Of a DNA stretch of 64,000 nt, positions 1 to 10,336 are shown one piece after another (the first letter of the stretch is position 1; every line of letters starts with the position of its first letter). The DNA is from a virus: positions 12,100 through 76,099 of the IMG/VR virus record IMGVR_UViG_3300042691_020140. The stretch is one strand, 5' to 3'. The translations under genes and the position numbers were made by a program. The notes beneath the pieces were generated by a model, which was given only the letters and a program-made list of their open reading frames with translations, did no database searches and was not told where the DNA came from.

Positions 1-1253
1 TGAGAAACTGGCTGGTCTGGTAGGTCAAGCATAATAAACTGTCTAGCTTCTGTGTTACCATAAAATCTAAAGTTTAAATAAAGTGTATTGTATACATCAA
101 AATAAGGACTCCAAGCAAATGTAGCTAGATTAGTCTGTGCATTAAATGACCGGTTCATATCTAACATTTTACCTACGTCTTCGATGCTGTCCTTATCCTT
201 GTCTAGTAATGAAGTTCCTTTATTGTCAGTAGGCAACCAATAGTTTTCTATAAAATAGTCCCACTCACCTTTAACAATATCTTGTTCTAGTAGTCTTGAT
301 GAGGCAGTACCACCCCAAGCACTTAGATAAACTATAGATCCTGTAAGTGGCATAGGTCTGTTTCTGAGACGCTCTACAACATATTTTTGTTTTTGAGTTA
401 ATATAGATAAGTTATTCTGACTTAGTACATTATTTCCTGTAGTGGTAAAAGCGGTTGCGGGCCAGTTAGCAGTGTAAGATAAGTCACCGTCAACCTTTGC
501 ATAAAGCATTGAGTAAAAAATGTGTGAGTTAGCTACATTAAATCCGCTAAACTTAGCTTTCCAAAAGAACTTGTTAAAGAAGCTATCATAGCCATTACCT
601 CTAGACGCAGTTATGGTAGGATTAGAGTGTGTAACAAGAACTAACTTAATCTCAACAATCTCACCATCCTGAAGACCCATGTTGTCTAGTGACATTGTTA
701 GAGTAGACATTCTAGAGTCTCTTTTGATTACCTGTGTTTGTAGTATAGTTTCTCTGTTATTTTCGTCATTGTTTGCATGACCGTCTTTTATATTAAACGC
801 ATACGATATACCGCTTTTGACTATGGTAGAAGTACCTAATGAACTTAATGGTGTAGCGGCGCAAAATCTACTCAATGAGTTTGAGTAAAGTGTTTTATAG
901 TCAAAAGATGTGTACTTAACAATAACTGCTATACTTACATCGTTAAATTGTGTGTAGTTATACTCATTAAATACATTATGTAACCCACTATCTAGTTTTA
1001 TATGAAAGCCCAAGTAGGCGTTCTTCATACCCTCTCGGTACATAAAACTACCTTTCCATATGTCATAGTCAGGACTTTTCCAAGTTAGTGGAAGCACCTT
1101 AGGTGCGTAAGCGTGGCTATCCATAAATAGTGGTTGCGGCGAATTCAACAGGTTCTTGGCAGTAGTGTTATTGTGGTAAAAGTTATTTAAATCTTCTGCT
1201 GCAATAGGTTGTCCAAAAAAGAACTCTGGTACTGCTTGAAAGTCTACATTCAT
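1..1253 (-). CDS. Tail/baseplate-associated protein, runs off the left edge (MNVDFQAVPEFFFGQPIAAEDLNN...)
   Basis: ATG at 1253 with GGAGG RBS; N-terminal part read open by hand; position downstream of tail genes; absent from the ORF track, consistent with truncation. Confidence 0.65.
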   Translation of the reverse strand, partial: MNVDFQAVPEFFFGQPIAAEDLNNFYHNNTTAKNLLNSPQPLFMDSHAYAPKVLPLTWKSPDYDIWKGSFMYREGMKNAYLGFHIKLDSGLHNVFNEYNYTQFNDVSIAVIVKYTSFDYKTLYSNSLSRFCAATPLSSLGTSTIVKSGISYAFNIKDGHANNDENNRETILQTQVIKRDSRMSTLTMSLDNMGLQDGEIVEIKLVLVTHSNPTITASRGNGYDSFFNKFFWKAKFSGFNVANSHIFYSMLYAKVDGDLSYTANWPATAFTTTGNNVLSQNNLSILTQKQKYVVERLRNRPMPLTGSIVYLSAWGGTASSRLLEQDIVKGEWDYFIENYWLPTDNKGTSLLDKDKDSIEDVGKMLDMNRSFNAQTNLATFAWSPYFDVYNTLYLNFRFYGNTEARQFIMLDLPDQPVS

Positions 1254-1262
1254 TAAAACCTC

Positions 1263-2957
1263 CTAGAAAGATAGTACACGCTGGTCGTTAGTGTTGTAAG
1301 TAGTCCCTACTTCAAAAACATCAGATTCTGTGTATAAACCAGAAACTGATATTAACTCTAAGTCTATTGTGTGCATGTTGTTTGATATTATGTAACCGTA
1401 TACTTTAAATGAATCATTAATACCGTAAGCTGTGCTGTTGACATTAATTACGTCACCTATATTTATACTGTCGCTATAAGGTACCGACTTGACTGATATT
1501 TTTTGCCGGGTGTTCTGCATAAGATTAGCAGCTACATCAGCAAATCTACGGGCCTGACTCTTTGACTGTATGTATGGATTATCCCCCAACTTAAGTTGAC
1601 GATAACCACTGATAGTAGCGAATTGATTTATTTGCTTGATGTAAGATTCTGGTGGACCACCATCTAATGCCCTACCGAACAAAGTAACCTGAGCCATGTA
1701 TACTGAAGATTGGTCTGGTATGACATCATTAGTTACATGTAGAGTTGTACTCTGACTTGAGCTAACCCCTGTGTCTCTTACTTGCACAAAATTACCTAAA
1801 GCACCAGAAGCTACATATTTAGGGATATAAAAAGTATTGTGTGGGGCTACTCTAGCATTGATGTTTCTCTGTCTACCAAATAAGTCAACCGCAGTTATCT
1901 TGTCCTTTACTACTTTGTTAACTGAAGAAACTATAGTATCAGTGAGTTGTCCTGATATAGTCTTGTTAACCAACTTCCACACAGGTTTTTCAAACTCAAC
2001 TCTGCGCTCAAGTGACTCGCCAAACTTTAGGTACTCATCAAAAACTCCACTAAAAACTTCTTGAGAAGCTGACAAGTATCTAGGATTAAATGTGACTACT
2101 AAGTCTTTATAAGGTTCTGTATTATAATCACCTAATTCTATATCTGAGTAGTTAGAGTCGGTAAGAGTTACGCCTGTAGAAGTTTTTCTAATATTAAAAA
2201 CATTCTCATATACAATCATACCATCTTGGTCTTGAAAAAGCAAACCGCCAGATGCTTTACACAGTAACGACAAGTCATTGAATAAATTCTCGTAGTTAAA
2301 CCAAATCCACTCAGGATTTATAATTGAAGATTGACAGTCATAATAAAATTTAGGTAAGTAATTAACTAAAGCATCCTCAAATGGTAAGTAGATAGTTCTG
2401 TACTTATGTGGCCTACCACCCATTAACCAAAGTATAGCATTGATTACTCCGACATTAGCTCCCTCGGCTCTTGTGGGGTCTTGAGCTAATGACAGAGTAT
2501 ATTTAGTCGCATTATCACCAGCCCCCGGTATGAACGTAGCAACTTTTCTGTTTCTAAATAATGGTGTTTCTAGTAGGGTGATATTAAGTAAGTCTAGGTA
2601 ACCTCTACAAGTAAAGGTTACTGATGTCTTGTCCTCTGAGCGTACAAAAGTTAATCCGTCAAACAATTTAAAGTAACTAACGCCGTTATTTACGCTGTAG
2701 TAAATCTCTACCTTGTTTAATCTCCAGTCAAATGACCTACCTAGAAAGTTAGCTATGGTTGTATCTTGACCAGCTTTAGGTTTGATGATATTTATGACTG
2801 TATTAGGCGGGTCAGCAACTCCTGTCAGTAACTCAGTGTTTTCTTGAAACTGAACGGATTGAGTAGGCTCGATAGACTGAATTAGTCTAGGCGGTATTAC
2901 AAAGCTAGTGCCATCGCCTATAGTAATCTTTATATAGCTATTTGTTTTGTAAATCAT
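1263..2957 (-). CDS. Baseplate hub / minor tail protein
   Basis: 564 aa, beta-rich, second gene after tape measure. Confidence 0.6.
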   Translation of the reverse strand: MIYKTNSYIKITIGDGTSFVIPPRLIQSIEPTQSVQFQENTELLTGVADPPNTVINIIKPKAGQDTTIANFLGRSFDWRLNKVEIYYSVNNGVSYFKLFDGLTFVRSEDKTSVTFTCRGYLDLLNITLLETPLFRNRKVATFIPGAGDNATKYTLSLAQDPTRAEGANVGVINAILWLMGGRPHKYRTIYLPFEDALVNYLPKFYYDCQSSIINPEWIWFNYENLFNDLSLLCKASGGLLFQDQDGMIVYENVFNIRKTSTGVTLTDSNYSDIELGDYNTEPYKDLVVTFNPRYLSASQEVFSGVFDEYLKFGESLERRVEFEKPVWKLVNKTISGQLTDTIVSSVNKVVKDKITAVDLFGRQRNINARVAPHNTFYIPKYVASGALGNFVQVRDTGVSSSQSTTLHVTNDVIPDQSSVYMAQVTLFGRALDGGPPESYIKQINQFATISGYRQLKLGDNPYIQSKSQARRFADVAANLMQNTRQKISVKSVPYSDSINIGDVINVNSTAYGINDSFKVYGYIISNNMHTIDLELISVSGLYTESDVFEVGTTYNTNDQRVLSF

Positions 2958-3328
2958 ACTTGGATTAACCCTATGTTGACATCGTACACTTTAACGCCAC
3001 GTAATGATATTTTAGTAGCTGCTACAGTCTCATCAAACGAGTCTTTTTCTGTTAAAACTGTGTACTTAGTCCCATCTATGTCTTGAAAGACAAATTGATC
3101 CGGAGTAGTAAACACAGTATGTAAGTTAACGGCGGTAGTTTCTGATACATTCTGAAACTTTAGTTTAAATTTCTTTTTAAAGTTTCTATGGAATCTATGG
3201 GTAGTACCGTCTAATGCCACTATGTCGTCACCTATGTTAACAATAGTGGTCTGTATATCATTAGGTTTGATTTCATATTGGAATTGGGTACCTCCTGTGA
3301 GGTACCCACTTATAAAAATTGTAGCCAT
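2954..3328 (-). CDS. Distal tail (Dit-like) protein
   Basis: 124 aa directly after tape measure; GGAG RBS; size and position typical. Confidence 0.5.
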   Translation of the reverse strand: MATIFISGYLTGGTQFQYEIKPNDIQTTIVNIGDDIVALDGTTHRFHRNFKKKFKLKFQNVSETTAVNLHTVFTTPDQFVFQDIDGTKYTVLTEKDSFDETVAATKISLRGVKVYDVNIGLIQV

Positions 3329-3336
3329 ATTTCTCC

Positions 3337-6300
3337 TTAAGGAGTGAGTGTCACTCTGAGTCTATTACCTATTACAACTCTACCAAGAGTGTTTACAAGA
3401 CCGGTAAGTGCAGTAGTATTGTCCGAAAGAGCATCAGTGTTATCAGACAGAGACCTGAGTTGCTGTACCACCGCTGGGTCTAAATCCTGAGCTGGACTGG
3501 CATCAAGAGAATCAAGAGAGTCAAACAATCCTTTAAAGATTGGTTTGAGTTCTGGGCCTGCTTGGTTCATAATCGCACTCTCACTGGTCTCAATTAATTT
3601 CTTTTGGTTTGCTATTGCTTGATCCGATGCGCCCATTGTGTACAGCTTAGCCAGTTGGTTTACTTTTACACGATACATCTCCAAAGAAATTACTAAGTTT
3701 CTGTTAGCTAACTCTTGCTTAGTCGCAGCGTCGTCAGTTTTTGACCTTTCTTCTACTGATTTGTTGTAAGCCTTTTCCATATCCGCAAGTTTGTCTTTAA
3801 AATCTTGCTCTCTTTTCTCTACTTCTTTTTTGTAATCAGTAGTTATTTGCTCTTCTTTCAGCCTAGCTTGCTCAACTTCCTCACGGTCAGCGTCAGCTCT
3901 TAGTTGTCTCAAGCCCTCAATTTGTTTAATTCTGTTTTCAGCGTCTAATTTATCTTGATTAGCTTTATCAATTTTTCTCTGTATTTCTTCTCGGTCGTCT
4001 TTCTCTTTTGCATCTTTTAAATCTTTCTGTAAATCAATAATCTCTTTATCAGCATCTTTTATTTTCTCTTTGTTATCTATAACTTCAGCATCGTATTTAG
4101 CTTGATTGAGTATTTGTTGACTACCAGTTTCAAGCACTGCTTCGGCGGCTGTGAAGTTACCCTCACCTCTAAGTTTAGTAGCTTCCGCTTCATATCCCTT
4201 AAACTGGTCTATGTAAGTAGCTCTCTGTTCGTTGGTCAAGTCCATGCCAAAAAGACTTTCGTAAAAGTCAGCTTTATTACCACGCTTACTTATTTCGCTT
4301 TCTTGTAAAAGCCTTTTCATATCTTCGTAGTATTCTTCAGCCAGTTCTTTCATGTCTTTTTGATAATCTTTTTCAGCATCTGCTCTGTCTTCCAAGTATT
4401 CTTTCTCAAGCTTAGCTAGTTTGTCAGCATCAGATTCTTTGTCTTCCTTGTCCATCATTTGTTTGGTAAGTCCAATAACTTGACTGGCTATATTAAAAGC
4501 TTCGTCTTGATTTCTTGGACCAGACGAGAAGTTAGCTCTAGTACCTTGAGTAAGTTGTTCCATTCTAAAACTTAACTGGTCTTGCAGTGACGTTAACGGT
4601 AGAATTGTTCCTAAGTTAAAGTTACTCATAGACTTATTGAACTCTAGAGCTAGTTCTACAATCTGTTGCATAGACAAATTAAATCTACCAGCTTCTGAAT
4701 TCAAAACCTGCAATACACTAACTGACCTATCAGCTTCAAACGCATACTCAGCTTGGAGTCTTTGTGCTTGACTAAGGGCTTCTAACTGCGCTAATGTACC
4801 TGCCTTAGCTTCGTCTGTAGTATCTACGACGTTTAAAAGCTCAGCGTTCTGCTTGACCATAAGCATGTTAGCATCGCCCAAACCCTTGTTGCGCTCGTAC
4901 TGTCTAATAACGGCATCGGCTACTACATCGGATTGTTGTCTTGAAAGCTCATTTAAAAATTCAGTAGCTTTGTTTACTCTGTCTACACCAAAGCTTTGGT
5001 CATTAGTAAGCTTTACAATCTTTGAAAGTTCTTCAGATATTTGAACATAAGGGTTTACTGGTGGTGTGTAAACAGCCGGTTGTTCTTCTTGAATACCTAG
5101 TAAGTCAATTAAAGTTTGTATGTAATCTGCATACTCAGCTCTACGCTTTTCCGCTGTATCTGCTAAAACTATATCAGCTCTTTGCATCTGCAACATGAGT
5201 TGAGCATCTTGAGTAGCATTTCCAGTCAACATACCAGTACTGTCTAACCGTTCTCTAGCCCCAGACCTAGTTAGGTATCTTTCTATAGCTGCATCAGCAT
5301 TACCAAAGTCTAATTGATAAGTCATCTCTGCTCTAGCTCTATCAGCTGGAGCCATATTAGCTAAGTCCTGTATAGGTCTTTCGAGTAAATCACGTATTTG
5401 AGGCATCAACTCGGTCTCAAGCATTACCATATCCTGAGGAGCTTGCTGCCTACTAGCCATTATCTGCGCTTGAATGTTGCCTCTGGCTAAAGGTCCCTCA
5501 ATACCAAACAACCCAGATTGACCAGTTTCAGCATATTCAATCATGTCAAACAAACGATTAAATCGCCCATCTACATTATTGACAAGCTCTGCAATCTGCA
5601 TCATCTCTTCAGTATTGAGTACGTCGTCAATCCCGCCTTGTAAGTTTTCTGGGTTTACTCTATTCTCTAGAATTCTGTTCGTATCTACACCAAACTGACC
5701 AGCTTGGTTAAGCAGTGTCGCAAAATCTGTCTCGTCTTGTCTAATGGTCGGTATAGCTAGTTCACCCGAGGCTATTCTCGCTTCGTTAATCTGTGCGATA
5801 TACTCGTTTAATTTTTCAATTAGACTGTCAAGGGCTGATTCGCTACCAGTAATTGACATGTTAATTGCATCGAAGTAATTAGGGCTTACTTCAGTACGTT
5901 CAAACTGTACAGACAACTCTCTGAAAGCGTCTGAAAGACTGGCTATTTGAGTTAAAGCCTCGTTAGTACTTTCTCGTCTGAGTTGTACATCCGCAAGTTC
6001 ATCTGAGTAATTGCTAAGCCAATCGTTAAGTGCCCTAGTGGTTGGTAAGAAAGCGTCCTGAAGACCAGTACCTACAAGCGTAGTGGCGTTCTGTATATTA
6101 CCTGTAAGTCTATCATACTCAGCCGCAGTCGATTGCGCTCTGGCTTCCAAAACAGCATTTGAAATACCTAAATCCGCAAGAACCTCATCAAGCTTCTGCA
6201 ATCTCTCAGTTTCGTCAGCAATATCTTTAACACTGTTAAGTGTTTTTCTATCGATTTCAAAACGTCTAGAAAGAGATGTAATGTCACCTGAAAAGAATTC

Positions 6301-8712
6301 TTTAAGTGCAATAGCAGCACCAGAGAATCCTTGTAAAGGGTCAATGATGGCAAGTCTTCTAGCAACATTATCGAGTTGCTCTAAGTCAACATTATACTTT
6401 CTAGTAATCTGTACTAAGCTTGTAAAACCTTGAAGTTGTTCGTTTAAGCTACCACCGAATTTTTGTTGTTGCGTTACCGCTACATCAACTACCTGTGAAA
6501 ACTTGTCGAACCCACCTGCAACCGCATTAATTGTGGCGGCTGTTCTTTCTAACTCGTTAGCTTGTTCGATAAACTGACGTAAGCTTACTACAACCTGACC
6601 AATTGTTAACTGAAGAAAACCAAATACAGCACTAGTTCTACCAGCAAAGGCTGAAATACGCTCAAAAGGAGTTCTTCTAGCGTCCTCTTCGGCTTGACGT
6701 GCTCTACGAATTTTCGCATCTCGTCGAGCCGCATCTTCACGGTTGTTGCTAACATCGCCGGTAGCAAATCCAGCGGCTCTGAGTTGGGCATCAGTTAAGT
6801 TACCCATAGCCATTTGGACGTTGTTAGGTCCTATAGTAGGTTGTAAGTTAGTAGGTACTACACCCGCAACAAACAGTTGACGAGCACGGAGTTCCATCGC
6901 ATCCTGTAGACGACCCTCAGAGATAGCTAACTCTTCAGCAGACCTTAGCTCTGCGAATCTTTGAACGTTTAGCTGTTCTACAGCTTTATCAAGAACTCTA
7001 TACGATTGTATAAGGTCTTGTATTTGTCTAAAAAGTTGACTAGTTACTGCCTCTAACTGTTCGTCACTAATTCCTGGGGAGGCTGCTCTCACTTGAGCAC
7101 GTAAGTTGTCTTGGGTAAACGTGCTAAGTGCCTGTATTCTACCACCAGTAGTTCCCTGATTAAAAAACCCTGTTCTATCTAGTAAATCTCTAAATAAAGT
7201 ATTTGGAAGACCAGTTGGTGTGGCTGTATTTAAAGTAGCTAAAGCGTCTCTAAACTTAACATCAACCAAGTTTCTAATTGCACGGTCTGTTGCATTGCTT
7301 AGTCTTACAAAGTTGTCTACAGTATCGCTTTGACCGCCGGGGCTACCTTTTTGAATGTCAACTTCTCTAGCGAGGTCGGATTCAAAAGAGCGAACAGTTG
7401 ACCTAAATTGAGCCAACGCTAAGTCTTGAGGACTTTTACCTCCGGTTGCTTTTGCGGAGGCTTTCTGAGCTCTGTCTAAAATCTGAGTACGCTCTAGTTG
7501 AAGTTGTCTATTTAAATCAGCAATACTTTGGTTAACTGCTGATTCCAATAATTGAACTGACCTAGATAAATCGTTATCTCCCGATACTATTGCAAAATCC
7601 CTCAACTGCTGTAACTGAAGAGTAACCATTGATATACGGTCTTGTACCGCTTGGTCTACTCTGTCAAGTTCAGTTATTAAAGCTGTGCTAGAAAAACCTG
7701 CTCCACCAGCACCAGCAGCCATTTTCTTAGCATCGGAGAATTCTCCCCTACGTATTTTTAATGACTTACCAGTGTCTTTCTCAAAACCTGCCAAAAGCTG
7801 TTGTCTAAGTGCACCGGCTACAGTTTGGTCAACTATACCCGATGTAGGTGAAAGTCCTTGAGGTATTAAAGTAGAGTAAACCTTTTCAAAAGCTTGTGCG
7901 TAATCCCCAGCGTTCTCTTTAACGGCTACTTTAAATAGATTCTCAGCGTTCTTTTGAGCAGTGTTTACAATTTTAGTAGCTTCTCCAGCTAGCTGAGCTA
8001 TACCAGTTTGAAATCCTCTAGGGGTGATTCGTTCCTCTAACAAACTCTGTTCGTAAAGGTCTAAGTTCTCCCGTAAAGATACGTTAGTTTGACCAACGCC
8101 CCTGATAAACTGAGTTACAGTTTCTAAGTAGCTACCAGCAGGAGAAAATCCACGACTGCGAAGTTCTGCTCCAAATGCTTCAATTTGTCTCTGAGCTTTT
8201 GAAGCCGCATTGTTCTCTTTAAGAACACTCTCAGGAACTAAGCTAGCTCTAACTTTGTCCCGAAGTTCTTGAGCTCTTTTTATCTGTGTAGTAAGCGAGT
8301 CAAGTGTCGGTGCATTAGCTGGGTCGTCAGCATCTAAAGTGCTTTTTACCTTAGAGTAAAATCTAATTAAGTCAGTTAGTGGCCTAGCCCCTTGTGCAGT
8401 TACACTACTAGCACCGGCTTCTAATTTACGAAGTAATTCCTCACCGTTAAATTGTTTGTAAAACTGACCGAGTAACCCTCTTGATTGTTGATTGATAAAA
8501 CTTTGAAGTTCACGGTCGGTCTCTACTGGTAATCTACTGGACGGGTTTCGTGCCTGTCTTACAGCAGTAGGCGGTGTTTGTAAACTCCTATTATTAGCGT
8601 TTCGGATTACTTCGCCTTGACGCTCAATCTCATTAAATATTCTTGATAACTGTGATTGGGCTTGCGGTATACCACTGGTACTTAAATTAATACCAATGTT
8701 TAGTTCAGCCAT
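3337..8712 (-). CDS. Tail tape measure protein
   Basis: 1791 aa, Ala/Gln/Glu-rich helical, hydrophobic segment near aa 690-715, follows tail chaperone genes. Confidence 0.9.
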   Translation of the reverse strand: MAELNIGINLSTSGIPQAQSQLSRIFNEIERQGEVIRNANNRSLQTPPTAVRQARNPSSRLPVETDRELQSFINQQSRGLLGQFYKQFNGEELLRKLEAGASSVTAQGARPLTDLIRFYSKVKSTLDADDPANAPTLDSLTTQIKRAQELRDKVRASLVPESVLKENNAASKAQRQIEAFGAELRSRGFSPAGSYLETVTQFIRGVGQTNVSLRENLDLYEQSLLEERITPRGFQTGIAQLAGEATKIVNTAQKNAENLFKVAVKENAGDYAQAFEKVYSTLIPQGLSPTSGIVDQTVAGALRQQLLAGFEKDTGKSLKIRRGEFSDAKKMAAGAGGAGFSSTALITELDRVDQAVQDRISMVTLQLQQLRDFAIVSGDNDLSRSVQLLESAVNQSIADLNRQLQLERTQILDRAQKASAKATGGKSPQDLALAQFRSTVRSFESDLAREVDIQKGSPGGQSDTVDNFVRLSNATDRAIRNLVDVKFRDALATLNTATPTGLPNTLFRDLLDRTGFFNQGTTGGRIQALSTFTQDNLRAQVRAASPGISDEQLEAVTSQLFRQIQDLIQSYRVLDKAVEQLNVQRFAELRSAEELAISEGRLQDAMELRARQLFVAGVVPTNLQPTIGPNNVQMAMGNLTDAQLRAAGFATGDVSNNREDAARRDAKIRRARQAEEDARRTPFERISAFAGRTSAVFGFLQLTIGQVVVSLRQFIEQANELERTAATINAVAGGFDKFSQVVDVAVTQQQKFGGSLNEQLQGFTSLVQITRKYNVDLEQLDNVARRLAIIDPLQGFSGAAIALKEFFSGDITSLSRRFEIDRKTLNSVKDIADETERLQKLDEVLADLGISNAVLEARAQSTAAEYDRLTGNIQNATTLVGTGLQDAFLPTTRALNDWLSNYSDELADVQLRRESTNEALTQIASLSDAFRELSVQFERTEVSPNYFDAINMSITGSESALDSLIEKLNEYIAQINEARIASGELAIPTIRQDETDFATLLNQAGQFGVDTNRILENRVNPENLQGGIDDVLNTEEMMQIAELVNNVDGRFNRLFDMIEYAETGQSGLFGIEGPLARGNIQAQIMASRQQAPQDMVMLETELMPQIRDLLERPIQDLANMAPADRARAEMTYQLDFGNADAAIERYLTRSGARERLDSTGMLTGNATQDAQLMLQMQRADIVLADTAEKRRAEYADYIQTLIDLLGIQEEQPAVYTPPVNPYVQISEELSKIVKLTNDQSFGVDRVNKATEFLNELSRQQSDVVADAVIRQYERNKGLGDANMLMVKQNAELLNVVDTTDEAKAGTLAQLEALSQAQRLQAEYAFEADRSVSVLQVLNSEAGRFNLSMQQIVELALEFNKSMSNFNLGTILPLTSLQDQLSFRMEQLTQGTRANFSSGPRNQDEAFNIASQVIGLTKQMMDKEDKESDADKLAKLEKEYLEDRADAEKDYQKDMKELAEEYYEDMKRLLQESEISKRGNKADFYESLFGMDLTNEQRATYIDQFKGYEAEATKLRGEGNFTAAEAVLETGSQQILNQAKYDAEVIDNKEKIKDADKEIIDLQKDLKDAKEKDDREEIQRKIDKANQDKLDAENRIKQIEGLRQLRADADREEVEQARLKEEQITTDYKKEVEKREQDFKDKLADMEKAYNKSVEERSKTDDAATKQELANRNLVISLEMYRVKVNQLAKLYTMGASDQAIANQKKLIETSESAIMNQAGPELKPIFKGLFDSLDSLDASPAQDLDPAVVQQLRSLSDNTDALSDNTTALTGLVNTLGRVVIGNRLRVTLTP

Positions 8713-8713
8713 G

Positions 8714-9091
8714 TTATTGCTCCAATAAAAGAGAGCGGACTATCGCTTCTTCTGCCTGTATTTCTTCCTTTTCTTTTTTAGCTATTTCTTCCTTACGTCT
8801 TGAGATTTCGCCTAGCTTATCTTTTGTAAGCACTCTAAATAAAATGTCAAAATCTAAAGATGTAGCGTTTCTCATTGACTTTACGTGTAACAAATTTATT
8901 TTATCACTTGGTACTAGATAAGATGTCCAATAAGCAACCTCATCTAATACCAAGTTGGCTATTTCTATGGTATGGTGTATTCCTACATAATTACTCAGGC
9001 TTTGGTAAATCTCTAAGTTCCTGTAGTGTCTTGATGTAGTCATCGAAAGTTCTCTTGTTAATTCGTCCAAGCTTCCAAATGTGTTCTGCAA
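8714..9091 (-). CDS. Second tail assembly chaperone segment (gpT-like), start uncertain
   Basis: Overlaps the chaperone gene in the +1 frame, lies just before tape measure, no good RBS/ATG. Confidence 0.55.
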   Translation of the reverse strand: MQNTFGSLDELTRELSMTTSRHYRNLEIYQSLSNYVGIHHTIEIANLVLDEVAYWTSYLVPSDKINLLHVKSMRNATSLDFDILFRVLTKDKLGEISRRKEEIAKKEKEEIQAEEAIVRSLLLEQ

Positions 9092-9386
9092 GTTCTTTCA
9101 CCGTTTCTCCGTGTCCATCTAAAAGCTTACGGGCTTGCACCGGGTTAAGCTTAGGACGAACCACGCCCTCAATTAGTGTATTCAATACAAACTCTGAGTT
9201 ATCTACTGTCCCGTCCTTTTGAGAGAGTTTATTAATCTTCTCCATTTGGGCGAAAGATAGTGCTCTGATTCTAAGCCTCTTTGTCATACCCTGTAACTGA
9301 ACATCAATTTCAATGGTTTGGTCTTCTTTAAGGAAATCATCTACGTCCTCGTAGTAATCCCCACTTCCCGTCATAAAATCAAGCAT
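8991..9386 (-). CDS. Tail assembly chaperone (gpG-like)
   Basis: 131 aa between tail tube and tape measure; AGGAG RBS. Confidence 0.7.
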   Translation of the reverse strand: MLDFMTGSGDYYEDVDDFLKEDQTIEIDVQLQGMTKRLRIRALSFAQMEKINKLSQKDGTVDNSEFVLNTLIEGVVRPKLNPVQARKLLDGHGETVKELAEHIWKLGRINKRTFDDYIKTLQELRDLPKPE

Positions 9387-9410
9387 GTGTTTCTCCTTTA
9401 AATAAAAACA

Positions 9411-9432
9411 CCCCCCACGCTTTGCATGGGGG
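9411..9432 (-). terminator. Intrinsic terminator after the tail tube gene
   Basis: CCCCCCA...TGGGGGG hairpin followed by a T-rich run on the minus strand. Confidence 0.6.
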
Positions 9433-9445
9433 ATGTTGGTTTAAT

Positions 9446-9889
9446 TTACGCTTCGCCACTCGAAGTGGTCGTTGTGCTAGCATACAAATTAAATCCGCCG
9501 TTATCCGTAAAGTCGAATGACATTGTAACAGCGTCCCCTGCACTATTCGTAACGTTATAGCCAGTAATAATTCCTGATGGAACTTCCCAAGTGTAACCGC
9601 CTTTAGAAATCAATCTAAGGCCTACCTCGATACCGCTATTTGCGGCGTTAATCAACGATGTATGTACATCGGTTCGGTTGATTGGCAGAGTAACATCGAA
9701 GCTACCCGTGATTCTCTTTGTGGTGGTAAACGTGTAAATCTTTCCGTCGTCGTTAAGAAATGGACCTTGATCCACCTGCGACGTATTCAAAGTTGCTTGC
9801 CACTGAGAGATGAATCTAGCATTAACGTACTCGTTGCTGCCAGAAGCCTTAATCTTCAGCCAACCATCAAGACCTTTGATAATGGTCAT
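9446..9889 (-). CDS. Major tail tube protein
   Basis: 147 aa, Ser/Thr/Gly-rich, beta-type, position after tail terminator. Confidence 0.75.
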   Translation of the reverse strand: MTIIKGLDGWLKIKASGSNEYVNARFISQWQATLNTSQVDQGPFLNDDGKIYTFTTTKRITGSFDVTLPINRTDVHTSLINAANSGIEVGLRLISKGGYTWEVPSGIITGYNVTNSAGDAVTMSFDFTDNGGFNLYASTTTTSSGEA

Positions 9890-9903
9890 GTCTGTTTTTT
9901 CTC

Positions 9904-10335
9904 CTAATAATCAGTTGGAAATATATAAGTTTCCATAGTAACGGCGGCCGTATAAATGTAACCATCCGTCAACCGCTCTACAGGAAAACTTGGAACTTCG
10001 TAAACACAGTATCTGACACTGTGGGGAACGTGCACTCCACTAACCGTAATGGTTTTTGTAGTAGAAATTTCAGTAATTACTTCTGCTAGTCTATCTTGAG
10101 CTTCACTAAACGTATTAGCCATAGAACGAAATGTAATCAGTCCCTCCCAATAGCTGTCGTTAAGCATAAGATTAGCATAAGACTGGTTAACTACTGGCTG
10201 GTACACTAAAACAGGAAATACTGAGTTAACTGGAGCTACTTGATAGTAAACACGACCGCTGTATGTAGGCATAATACCGCTTAAGGAACGGGCTATAAAT
10301 TTCCAAATATTTGCGTAAAGTAGCGGGTCGTACAT
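9904..10335 (-). CDS. Tail terminator/completion protein
   Basis: 143 aa, RVYYQVAP..FPVLVY motif, position. Confidence 0.65.
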   Translation of the reverse strand: MYDPLLYANIWKFIARSLSGIMPTYSGRVYYQVAPVNSVFPVLVYQPVVNQSYANLMLNDSYWEGLITFRSMANTFSEAQDRLAEVITEISTTKTITVSGVHVPHSVRYCVYEVPSFPVERLTDGYIYTAAVTMETYIFPTDY

Positions 10336-10336
10336 C

